This document shows, piece after piece, positions 40,769 to 49,517 of a DNA stretch of 64,000 nucleotides. Numbering within the stretch: the first letter of the stretch is position 1; every line of letters starts with the position of its first letter. Made by a program: the position numbers and the translations under genes. The DNA is from Candidatus Omnitrophota bacterium. GTDB taxonomy: Bacteria > Omnitrophota > Gorgyraeia > JAZDFF01. Where the stretch lies: assembly GCA_043808095.1 (NCBI GenBank), contig JAZDFF010000042.1:38667-102666 (forward strand). The letters run 5' to 3'. The notes below the pieces were generated by a model. The model saw only the letters and a list, made by a program, of their open reading frames with translations. It was not told where the DNA came from and searched no databases.

Positions 40769-41218
40769 TTATAATTTTTTTAGTAAAGCCACTTCTTTAC
40801 AATCCGGGAATTTAGGGCATCTGATACAGTCAACCCAGATCTTATGGGGGAGCTGATTGTGACTTATTTTCTTGAACTTAAAATTCTTGAAAAAATCAGG
40901 CCGGTAAGTCAGGACAAAAAGCCTTTTTGTACCTAATTGCTTGACCTCAGCAATTGCTGCCAAGACTAATTGAGTCCCTATGCCTTTGTTCTGGAATCTT
41001 CCTTCAACCGCTAGACTCTTAATCTCGGCCAAATCATCCCAGGCCACATGCAGGGCACAGCAGCCGATTACCTTATTATTCTCTTCGCACACCCAAAAAT
41101 CGCGGATATTTTCATAAAGCTCATTTAAAGAGCGACCCAACATCAGGTCTCTTGCGGCAAATCTGTTGATGAGCTTGTGGATCTGTTTTATATCTTTGAT
41201 TTGGGCTTTTCTGATCAT
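40769..41218 (-). CDS. GNAT acetyltransferase, short ArgA-like
   Basis: RSLNELYENIRDF, LAEIKSLAV, GIG, LPHKIWVDCIRCPKFPDC. Confidence 0.85.
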   Translation of the reverse strand: MIRKAQIKDIKQIHKLINRFAARDLMLGRSLNELYENIRDFWVCEENNKVIGCCALHVAWDDLAEIKSLAVEGRFQNKGIGTQLVLAAIAEVKQLGTKRLFVLTYRPDFFKNFKFKKISHNQLPHKIWVDCIRCPKFPDCKEVALLKKL

Positions 41219-41225
41219 TTTAAAT

Positions 41226-41443
41226 GAGCCCCTGCTGATTCGCTTTGATGAGCAAAGCGAATCAAAGCGGCAGGGGCGAATTTAACCCCCACTGTTTCGT
41301 TTTGGTTCGTTTTGTACCTAGAAATCGCTTTGCGATTTCAGGGATTAAATCCCGGAAATGCTTCGTATTTCACGGGACTTCACCAAAAGCGAAACAAAAC
41401 GGTGGGGGTAAGTTCGGACTGATCCCGACGGTACCGTCGGGAT
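41226..41443. repeat. Cluster of palindromes between glgC and the GNAT gene
   Basis: gcccctgc..gcaggggc (41228-41278; related copy at 60063-60112); acccccac..gtgggggt stem enclosing a double hairpin (41317-41376); atcccgacggtaccgtcgggat. Confidence 0.8.
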
Positions 41444-41447
41444 GTCC

Positions 41448-42680
41448 TCACTTTATCTTTGTCCCTTTAGCCACTACTACAATTCCGGAATCAGTGATAA
41501 AAAATCGTTTTTTATCCTCATCCTTATCAAAACCAATTACCATCTTATCCGGGATGACCACGTCCTTGTCGATAATCGCATTCTTTATCCTGGAGGACTC
41601 TCCGACCCGTACGCCCTCCATAAGGATAGAGTCATAAACCTCGCTGCCGCAACCTAAGGCCACATTATAAGACAGGATGGAACGCTCAAGCACCTTGCCG
41701 CTGAATATACTGCCTCCGGCAATCAGGGAATCTAAAATCAAGCCAACATTATTCACATTATCTTTCGGGTAGAATAGGGCTTGGGCCGGAGGAAACTGTT
41801 CCTGATAAGTCCTTATCGGCCATTCCGGGTCATGGAGATTAAATATAGGATCAGGCTTGATTAAATCCATATTTGCCTCGTAATAGGCATCAATAGTCCC
41901 GATATCGCGCCAGTATACGCCTGAGCCGGCCTTGGGGCTTACAAAATTATAAGCCAGGAGCCTGCGTTTATTCTTAATCATCTGAGGTATTACATCCCTG
42001 CCAAAGTCATGGCTGCTGCCTGATTTTTTTACGTCCTCATTCAGCTCTTCTTCCAAGACCTTTCGATTAAAAACATATATCCCCATAGAGGCATAGATAT
42101 TTTTCGGATCTTGGGGTATAGTATGGGGATGAACGGGCTTTTCTTTAAAACCAAGTACGCGACTTTCCTTGTCTACCTGCACCACGCCCAGAAATCCTGC
42201 TTTATCCTTAGGCATGGTAACTACGCCGATGGTCACATCCGCTCCTGATTCCTGATGGAAGTTCACCATCCGAAGGTAATCCATCTTATAGATGTGGTCT
42301 CCGGCTAAAATCAAAATGATATCGGGATTCTCCTGTTCGATGGTATAAAAATTTTGATATATGGCATCTGCTGTGCCCCTATACCAATCGCCTCCTACTC
42401 TCTGCTGGGCAGGTATGACATCGATATATTCGCCCAATTGGGCGTCAAAGATATTCCAGCCAAGTCTTAGGTGTCTAATAAGTGAGATAGATTTATATTG
42501 GATAAGGATATGCGTACGCCTGATCCCCGAATTAATACAGTTAGAAAGGGTAAAGTCAATGATGCGGTATATCCCGCCAAAAGGCACTGCCGGCTTGGCC
42601 CGGTCCTTAGTCAGGGGCATAAGCCTCTCCCCTTTCCCGCCGGCCATAATAAAGGTTATGAGTCTGCGCATCGTCCTCAT
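41448..42680 (-). CDS. glgC: Glucose-1-phosphate adenylyltransferase
   Basis: AGGKGERL, RAKPAVPFGG, GTADAIYQN, GDHIYKMDY, DFGRDVIP, YWRDIGT. Confidence 0.96.
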   Translation of the reverse strand: MRTMRRLITFIMAGGKGERLMPLTKDRAKPAVPFGGIYRIIDFTLSNCINSGIRRTHILIQYKSISLIRHLRLGWNIFDAQLGEYIDVIPAQQRVGGDWYRGTADAIYQNFYTIEQENPDIILILAGDHIYKMDYLRMVNFHQESGADVTIGVVTMPKDKAGFLGVVQVDKESRVLGFKEKPVHPHTIPQDPKNIYASMGIYVFNRKVLEEELNEDVKKSGSSHDFGRDVIPQMIKNKRRLLAYNFVSPKAGSGVYWRDIGTIDAYYEANMDLIKPDPIFNLHDPEWPIRTYQEQFPPAQALFYPKDNVNNVGLILDSLIAGGSIFSGKVLERSILSYNVALGCGSEVYDSILMEGVRVGESSRIKNAIIDKDVVIPDKMVIGFDKDEDKKRFFITDSGIVVVAKGTKIK

Positions 42681-42707
42681 CTTATTTTCTCCACATTTAA
42701 TCTATTA

Positions 42708-42856
42708 TAATAGGCTGTCACGAAAATCGTTCCAGCCTAATGATTCCAGTGATTTTGAATAAGATTCCAGTGATTATCTCAATGACAAGCTGAATCGCTG
42801 TAATCTATTTGCCTAATCACAGTAATCAAGCGCGGAACTTTTGTGACGCCCTATTT
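42708..42856. repeat. gattccag/gtaatc carrier repeat without cargo, with terminal inverted repeats
   Basis: aataggctgtcacgaaa ... tttgtgacgccctatt ends; two gattccagtgatt and two gtaatc units. Confidence 0.72.
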
Positions 42857-42891
42857 ATTATAAATTCAAGTGTTTAATTTTACAAGAAAAA

Positions 42892-45138
42892 TCAACGGGA
42901 AATATTCTGAGTTTCAATCATTTTAATGCTGCCTTTCGCCTCAATGTTATCCGGCTGGAGCCTAAGAACTTCTCTGTATTCTTTTAAAGAGCCGGTATAA
43001 TCGCCATTCTTATACAATATCTCTGCCAGGTCTTTATGGTAAAGCGGGTTTTGCGAAGAAAGGCCAAGCGCCTTCTTTAGATATTTGATGGCATTGGGGT
43101 AATCTTTCGCCTTGGCATAAGCCAGGGCTAACCTATGATAAGCAAGGTGGCTTTCGGGCGCCTTTTTTACTATCTGCCTTAAGATGGATATCGCCTTATC
43201 AAGGCGGCCGAGCTCTGAATAACAAGAGGCCAAATCAATCTCTATGCCTAAATTACTGCGCGATATGATGTGCGCAAGCCTGAGATGTTCAAATGCCTGC
43301 ATAAATTGCCTTTTGCGAAACAGGATATTCCCCATTGCGCTATGATAGACGAAAGACCCTGGGCTAATTTTTCGTATCTCATTTATCTCGGAGACGGTTG
43401 CATCATCTAGCTGCAACATCTCTAAGATGTGAGCGCGCCTTGCATAGGGATACGGATCAACCCTGTTTATGCCGAGCCTTATTAAGTCAATCTTGGACGC
43501 CCTCCAATCCTTGAGATCAAAGGCGAATTTTTCAATTAAGTCCTTATTACCGGCTGAATCCTTCAAAAATATAATAGCACTCTCATCAAAATATACGGTC
43601 TTAAAATCCTTGTCTTTATAGAGAGTCTTAATTAAGTTTACCTCGTCTGAAGGAACGCCGGTTATGAAAAACCCATCGATATGGAATTTCTCAACCAGAT
43701 TCTCAATCGCTTTTTTATCTGCCCGCATGAGGGAGTCGTAATCCTTAAAAAATCTCGGGCCGTAAAGTTCTGTCCTTCCATCGATAAATACCTGCCTCCG
43801 GGGAAAACACCTTCCGATAAGATAAGACCCGGAATTAAAATCGTTAAATAACCGCTTGGGAAGATTATTTCTTAAAACAAAATCCACGGCTTTTTCAGGA
43901 TAGGCCTTTCCGGAAAGACCCCAAAGTTTTCCCTTAATTTCATATTTGTCAAAAAGGAAATAACCGCTACTAAAAACATAAGTTATCGCGGTTTTAGAAA
44001 TCCAGACAATAAATAAAATCTTAAAAGTTATGCTCAATAAATGTTTCAATTTATGGCCCGAGTCTTTTATTTTCACGAAATTTCGCTCGTAAAATATTTC
44101 ATCAATATCATTTAAGTTCTCCATCAAAATAACGCCGGAAAATACAGTAAAAAACATTACATTTCGGGCATACCTAAGCGAAAGAAACAGCAATAAAACC
44201 CAGACGAGCGTATCGAATATCTTTATTCTCCTATAATTGATTAGAATGGTAGCGAGTGTTAAAACGATAAGATAAAAATAGAAAGAAAAATCAAAGTTAT
44301 ATTTATTCTGTAGCACAATCGGAGAGATAAGCTCCACTATGTTTTCAAATGCTTGAGAAGGCCTTGTAATGGAACTAATTATTACCTTAACCGGATAGAA
44401 TAAACCTTGATAGGTATATGGATTGATGAGGCATGCCGATAATAAGACAAAGAATAGTAAGATCAATTTCGAAAAATGCGTTTTAGGATGTATTCTTAAG
44501 GCCGATTTTTTACTTAAAACCGGAATACGGGCCTGGATGAATTCGCTGATTAACAATATTAAAACCAATATTGGCCCCACGATAAAATAACCGTGCATAT
44601 TCACCCAAATTATCTGAATAGGAATTAACCAAAAGACTTTTTTCGTATCAAGAAATTTCTTTAAGATTATCAGGAAAAAGAGGAAAAATAAGACCGAAAA
44701 AACATCTGGCCTTATATTTATCCTGGTCCTGGAGGCAAAAAGGCTAAGCAATAAAGCAGTGATAATGATAATGTGGTTATCCTTTTTTGAGCCAAAGACC
44801 AGCATGACCCAAAAGATGAGGCAGATAAAAAACGACTGGACGAATATTATCCCGGAGGCATCATATTTCTGATAGATAAGATAGGTAATAACCTGAAACA
44901 GCCAGGAATGGTCTATCCATGGCCTTGAACTTAAGGCAAAGGAAAACGGGTCACACCTGGGCACGGCGTGATTTCCTACGATTAACTCTCCCGTTTTAAG
45001 GTGTAACCAGATATCGGGATCGGCTATCTCTGAATTTGTATAAATTACGATGTAGAGAAAAAGCGCAACAATGCATAAAAATCCCAGGAAATGGCTGATA
45101 GGCCCTAGCTTATTTTCTATAATTTTAATAGTGACCAT
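42892..45138 (-). CDS. Polytopic membrane protein with C-terminal TPR repeats (possible GT-C fold)
   Basis: About 11-13 hydrophobic segments, DPDIWLHLKTG, NMHG, FIDGRTELY, TPR-like helices. Confidence 0.8.
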   Translation of the reverse strand: MVTIKIIENKLGPISHFLGFLCIVALFLYIVIYTNSEIADPDIWLHLKTGELIVGNHAVPRCDPFSFALSSRPWIDHSWLFQVITYLIYQKYDASGIIFVQSFFICLIFWVMLVFGSKKDNHIIIITALLLSLFASRTRINIRPDVFSVLFFLFFLIILKKFLDTKKVFWLIPIQIIWVNMHGYFIVGPILVLILLISEFIQARIPVLSKKSALRIHPKTHFSKLILLFFVLLSACLINPYTYQGLFYPVKVIISSITRPSQAFENIVELISPIVLQNKYNFDFSFYFYLIVLTLATILINYRRIKIFDTLVWVLLLFLSLRYARNVMFFTVFSGVILMENLNDIDEIFYERNFVKIKDSGHKLKHLLSITFKILFIVWISKTAITYVFSSGYFLFDKYEIKGKLWGLSGKAYPEKAVDFVLRNNLPKRLFNDFNSGSYLIGRCFPRRQVFIDGRTELYGPRFFKDYDSLMRADKKAIENLVEKFHIDGFFITGVPSDEVNLIKTLYKDKDFKTVYFDESAIIFLKDSAGNKDLIEKFAFDLKDWRASKIDLIRLGINRVDPYPYARRAHILEMLQLDDATVSEINEIRKISPGSFVYHSAMGNILFRKRQFMQAFEHLRLAHIISRSNLGIEIDLASCYSELGRLDKAISILRQIVKKAPESHLAYHRLALAYAKAKDYPNAIKYLKKALGLSSQNPLYHKDLAEILYKNGDYTGSLKEYREVLRLQPDNIEAKGSIKMIETQNISR

Positions 45139-45226
45139 CCTTTAATGAGCACTTGATTTAGGAAACCTGTAAAGGCGACATAAATCAATCCTTATTGTAA
45201 TACTGTTTTTTATTTATGCCAATTGG

Positions 45227-45253
45227 ACCCTTGACATCAGAGATGTCAAGGGT
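45227..45253. repeat. Perfect palindrome acccttgacatc-aga-gatgtcaagggt
   Basis: Second copy of 2980-3006. Confidence 0.75.
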
Positions 45254-45279
45254 TAATTCAGCCAGACGACTTAGCTTCA

Positions 45280-46230
45280 CTATCGTTCGCTAAGTCGCGG
45301 CCTCATTAAGAAATTATCCGCAAAATGACAGGCAGAAAAATGACCGGCCTCTTTCTCTTCCAGGGCCGGCTCACTATGTCTACAGATATCCTTGACGTAT
45401 AAACAGCGGCTGTTAAAACGACAGCCCTCCGGAATATTAGTGTTTGAGGCTACCTCCCCTTTTAAGACCACGTTTTTGTCAGCTGCTGCTGAAATCAGGG
45501 CCTGGGTATAGGGATTTAAGGGCACAGAAAACAGCCTTTGAGCCGATGCCAGTTCTAAAATTTTACCTAAATACATCACAGCTATTATATCACTAATTTT
45601 TCTAACTATCCTTAAATTATGTGAAATAAAAAGATAACTAATGCCGAACCTATCTTTTAGGTTGCTAAGCAATTCTATAATCCTGGCCTGTAAAGAGACA
45701 TCCAGGCTAGACACCGCCTCATCAAGGATTAACAATTTTGGCATTACTATTAAGGCGCGCGCCAGATTTATCCTCTGGCATTGGCCGCCGCTAAATTCAA
45801 AGGAGAAGCGCCTGTCGATATCTTTGGCCAGACCCACTGTCAGGAGCTGTCTTTCTATATCCTGGTTGGTCATTTTAGACTTGATTGCCCCTGCTGCTTC
45901 AAGCAAGGTCTTTCTTACCGTAAAACGCGGGTCCAGGCTACTGTAAGGGTCTTGAAAGATAATTTGTATAAGGCGCCGATACGGCCTGAATTGGGCCTGA
46001 GATAATCTGGTTAAATCCAGGCCATTAAAGGTGATTACGCCTTGATCAGGTCTTATTAACTTTAAGACCATCTTAGCCAGGGTGGTCTTTCCGCAGCCGG
46101 ACTCTCCTACGATACCTAAGGTTTGATTTTCTTCAAGAGCCAGGCTTACTCCGTCAACGGCACGAGCCAGACCGCCTTTTTTCGTGGGAAAATATTTCTT
46201 TAGGTTTTTTATTTCTAACAAGGTATTCAT
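45280..46230 (-). CDS. Peptide ABC transporter ATP-binding subunit (OppF-like)
   Basis: GESGCGKT, FQDPYSSLDPR, FSGGQCQR, C-terminal GCRFNSRC...ACH. Confidence 0.92.
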   Translation of the reverse strand: MNTLLEIKNLKKYFPTKKGGLARAVDGVSLALEENQTLGIVGESGCGKTTLAKMVLKLIRPDQGVITFNGLDLTRLSQAQFRPYRRLIQIIFQDPYSSLDPRFTVRKTLLEAAGAIKSKMTNQDIERQLLTVGLAKDIDRRFSFEFSGGQCQRINLARALIVMPKLLILDEAVSSLDVSLQARIIELLSNLKDRFGISYLFISHNLRIVRKISDIIAVMYLGKILELASAQRLFSVPLNPYTQALISAAADKNVVLKGEVASNTNIPEGCRFNSRCLYVKDICRHSEPALEEKEAGHFSACHFADNFLMRPRLSER

Positions 46231-47012
46231 CAGATAAGTGACGCCTCAATGAGGTTTTTAGTATAGGGATCTTGGGGGTTATTAAAGATATCGTCTCGTG
46301 GTCCTGTTTCAATGATCCTGCCATCTTTAATAATGGCAATCCTGTCGGCGATAAAACTCACTATGCTTAAATCATGGGTGACTAATAAAATAGAAATGCC
46401 TAATTCTTGTCGTAGTTTCTTAAAAAGATTCAGGATCTGGACCTGGATAGTGACATCCAGGCTGCTTGTGGGCTCATCTGCAAGAAGTATTTTAGGACGG
46501 CAGGCCAGCGCCTGGGCAATCATTGCCCTTTGCCTCATCCCGCCGCTTAACTGATGAGGATAGCGAAAGATGACTTCAGCCGGCTGAGGCAGTCCAGTTT
46601 TAAAAAACAGCTCTAAGGTCATATTTCTGGCTTCCTTTTTGGAAATCCTTAAATGAAAGATAAGTGTCTCCATAATTTGATTTCCGATATTAAATACCGG
46701 ATTTAAGGCCAATAATGGCTCTTGAAAGACCATGCCGATTTCTCTGCCTCTAACATTGAGCAATTCTTTTTCTGACAATTTTAAGAGGTCTTTTCCTGCA
46801 AAATATATACTGCCTCCTGAAATCTCACCGCCTTCTGGTAAAAGTCCTAAGATAGACATACAGGTAACGGTCTTGCCGCTGCCGGATTCACCAACCAGGG
46901 CAAAAATTTCAGATTTATTTATGCAAAGACTAAGGCCGCGAAGGGCCGCAACATATCCTTCTTCAGTGCTAAAGCCGGCTTTGAGGTTTTCTATTCTTAA
47001 TAGTTCTTCCAT
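46230..47012 (-). CDS. Peptide ABC transporter ATP-binding subunit (OppD-like)
   Basis: GESGSGKT, YPHQLSGGMRQR, ADEPT. Confidence 0.92.
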   Translation of the reverse strand: MEELLRIENLKAGFSTEEGYVAALRGLSLCINKSEIFALVGESGSGKTVTCMSILGLLPEGGEISGGSIYFAGKDLLKLSEKELLNVRGREIGMVFQEPLLALNPVFNIGNQIMETLIFHLRISKKEARNMTLELFFKTGLPQPAEVIFRYPHQLSGGMRQRAMIAQALACRPKILLADEPTSSLDVTIQVQILNLFKKLRQELGISILLVTHDLSIVSFIADRIAIIKDGRIIETGPRDDIFNNPQDPYTKNLIEASLI

Positions 47013-47038
47013 CTATCTAGCATAGAAATAAAATTGGT

Positions 47039-47140
47039 ACACAGATGGGCACAGATTGATAGTCTAAATCATCCTGTTTTTCACAGATTAGAACAGATTA
47101 TCTGTGCTAATCTGTTCTTTCCATCTGTGATAATCTGTGC
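47039..47140. repeat. cacagat/atctgtg inverted repeat without cccgc cargo
   Basis: Same arms as 38043-38187. Confidence 0.78.
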
Positions 47141-47146
47141 ATTTTT

Positions 47147-48232
47147 TTACGATGATTTAAAGACCATCTTCATACGCGGGTCAAACGCATCGCGCAGTCC
47201 CTCGCCTAAAAGATTAAAGGCCATCACTGTAATAAAGATAAAAACTCCCGGCAATAATATCCACGGATAGAATTTAATTGCCGAGATATTCATGGCATCG
47301 CTCAATAAATTTCCCCAACTAGCCTGGGGGTCCTGAATTCCCAGGCCGATAAAACTTAGGCCGGATTCACCCAATATATAACCTGGTATGGACAAGGTTA
47401 AGGCAACAATGGCATAAGACAGTGTATGCGGCAATATGTGCCTTAAGATTATCTTCAGGTCACTTATACCCAGGACCCGGGCCGCCAAGACAAACTCCCT
47501 CTCTTTAAGCGACAGGCTTATCCCTCTTATGACCCGCGCCATACCCGCCCAGCCAATAAAGGAAAGAATAAAGATTAAAAGTAAAAATACCTGTGTTGAG
47601 CTTAAATTTGTCGGGAATGCCGCTCTTAATGCCAGCATAAGATAAAAACCCGGTATCATCATCACCATCTCACAGAGTCTCATAATAAGGTTATCGATTC
47701 TACCGCCGTAATATCCGGAAATTCCTCCTATTAATAAACCGATTAAAAATGAAACGCTTACCCCGATTATGCCGATAGACAAAGAAACCCTGGCTCCATA
47801 AAGGATACGGCTATACAAATCCCGGCCGCGGCTGTCTGCTCCGAATAAATAAAGCCTACCTGCCGAATCTAGCCCCAAAAGATGCAAGTCAGTCTTAAAA
47901 AGCCCTAAGAATTTATAACCGTCGCCTCTAGCCAAAAGGTTTAAATGAAAAACCTGGGATTTATCTTCTTTATAGACCCTCTGGTAATACTGGTTAAAAG
48001 AAAACGAATACCCGTACACGAACGGCACCAGATGAAATTTACCCTGGCCATCTACAAAATTTATTCTTGTAGGCGGGCAGAAAGAGAAGTTGCGTTCTTC
48101 GTTATCATAATTATAGACTGATAAAAAATCCGCGAATATTGCCACCAGATACAAGGATACAACTACCCATAGGCATAATAGGGCAATCTTATTCTGTTTA
48201 AACTTATCCCATAAAAAATTAGGCCTATTCAT
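47147..48232 (-). CDS. Peptide ABC transporter permease (OppC-like)
   Basis: GADSRGRDLYSRILYGARVSL, EFVLAARVLG, GEGLRDAFDPR. Confidence 0.93.
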   Translation of the reverse strand: MNRPNFLWDKFKQNKIALLCLWVVVSLYLVAIFADFLSVYNYDNEERNFSFCPPTRINFVDGQGKFHLVPFVYGYSFSFNQYYQRVYKEDKSQVFHLNLLARGDGYKFLGLFKTDLHLLGLDSAGRLYLFGADSRGRDLYSRILYGARVSLSIGIIGVSVSFLIGLLIGGISGYYGGRIDNLIMRLCEMVMMIPGFYLMLALRAAFPTNLSSTQVFLLLIFILSFIGWAGMARVIRGISLSLKEREFVLAARVLGISDLKIILRHILPHTLSYAIVALTLSIPGYILGESGLSFIGLGIQDPQASWGNLLSDAMNISAIKFYPWILLPGVFIFITVMAFNLLGEGLRDAFDPRMKMVFKSS

Positions 48233-48255
48233 ATGCTCTATAAATAATTAAGTAT

Positions 48256-48339
48256 GATTACAGAGATTATTAAATAGATTCCAGTGATTATTTTATAAAA
48301 GTTAATCACTGTAATCTTTATTTGAAATCACCGTAATCA
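48256..48339. repeat. gattacag/gtaatc inverted repeat without cargo
   Basis: gattacagagatt..gattccagtgatt ... aatcactgtaatc..aatcaccgtaatc. Confidence 0.75.
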
Positions 48340-48356
48340 ATACATTTAATTCATAA

Positions 48357-49322
48357 TTACGCATATCTTATCCTCGGGTCTGACCAGGCGAGCAAAATGT
48401 CGCTAGTTAAATTTCCGAAAAGCAACAGGACGCCGCTTATGAGCATACCTGCCATTACTAAAAATAAATCCTGGGCCCTGACCGCAGTCAACATCACCAT
48501 ACCTAAGCCAGGCCAATTACAGACAATCTCAATAAGTGCTGCGCCGCTTAAGAGATCGGATAACTGATAACCAAAGATAGTAATTAACGGATTAATGGCA
48601 TTACGCAGGGCATGTTTATAAATAACTTTGTTTTCAGGCAAACCTTTTGCCCGGGCACAGAGTATATATTGCTGGCGAAGCACCTCCAGGACATTCGCTC
48701 GCATGATCCGCTGAAGCGAACCGATTCCGGAAATGGCAATAACCGAAGCAGGCAGAATCAGGTGTCTTAGGATATCAAAGGCCTTATTTATTCCGGATAA
48801 TGAATCAAAATTTGTAGAACGCATCCCGCCTAAAGGAAGCAGGCCGCTTACATTGGCCAGATACAAGCCGATTAACCCCAGGAAAAATCCCGGCATGGAT
48901 AGACCGAATAGGGACAGGACTGAAAATAATCTATCGATAATTCGATTGTGTTTTAAGGCTGCATATATCCCAAGCGGAATAGCTAAAAGCCACGTAAGAG
49001 CAAGTGAAGCAAGGGCCAAGATTATAGTATTAAAGGCCCTGCTAAATATTACTTTAGATACCGGACAGTTATAAAAGAACGAGTAACCCAAGTCCAGCCG
49101 AAAAATCCCTTTCAACCAGTAAAGATATTGGACGATAACCGGCTTATCCAGGTGGAAAGCGGCCTGGTATTTTAAAATAGTCTCTTCGGAAATCTGGGGG
49201 TTTAACCTCAGGCTATCAAAATAATTTCCCGGTGCAAGGTGGATAAACAAAAAAGTAACAAAAGACATGACGAGAAGCAAGGGAACAGCGATAATGATTC
49301 GTCTTATTATATAGGTTTTCAT
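48357..49322 (-). CDS. Peptide ABC transporter permease (OppB-like)
   Basis: DLGYS, HLILP, ARAKGL, HALRNA, DPRIR. Confidence 0.93.
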   Translation of the reverse strand: MKTYIIRRIIIAVPLLLVMSFVTFLFIHLAPGNYFDSLRLNPQISEETILKYQAAFHLDKPVIVQYLYWLKGIFRLDLGYSFFYNCPVSKVIFSRAFNTIILALASLALTWLLAIPLGIYAALKHNRIIDRLFSVLSLFGLSMPGFFLGLIGLYLANVSGLLPLGGMRSTNFDSLSGINKAFDILRHLILPASVIAISGIGSLQRIMRANVLEVLRQQYILCARAKGLPENKVIYKHALRNAINPLITIFGYQLSDLLSGAALIEIVCNWPGLGMVMLTAVRAQDLFLVMAGMLISGVLLLFGNLTSDILLAWSDPRIRYA

Positions 49323-49428
49323 TTTTAAAGCAGAATCAAATAAATATTAAAAATGTCTAATTACTAATGTCGTCCACCACTGAATCTTTGGTGGACGCCC
49401 GCCAAAGCATTGTGGCGGGCGAATGTCG

Positions 49429-49516
49429 CCTGCCTGCCCCGAGAAATTCGGAGAATTTCCGGGACTTAGTCCTTGGAATTTTACAATGTAAAATTCCTAA
49501 GGGCCGGTGAGGCAGG
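49429..49516 (-). repeat. 88-bp double-hairpin element, copy 3 (with two further hairpins at 49373-49420)
   Basis: Reverse complement of 6425-6512; begins 1 bp after the stop codon of the substrate-binding gene. Confidence 0.92.
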
Positions 49517-49517
49517 T

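Noticed and set aside
46230-47012. OppD-like ATPase shorter than its partner, possible pseudogene
   Set aside because: All ABC motifs are intact and its stop overlaps the next start; loss of the C-terminal extension is common
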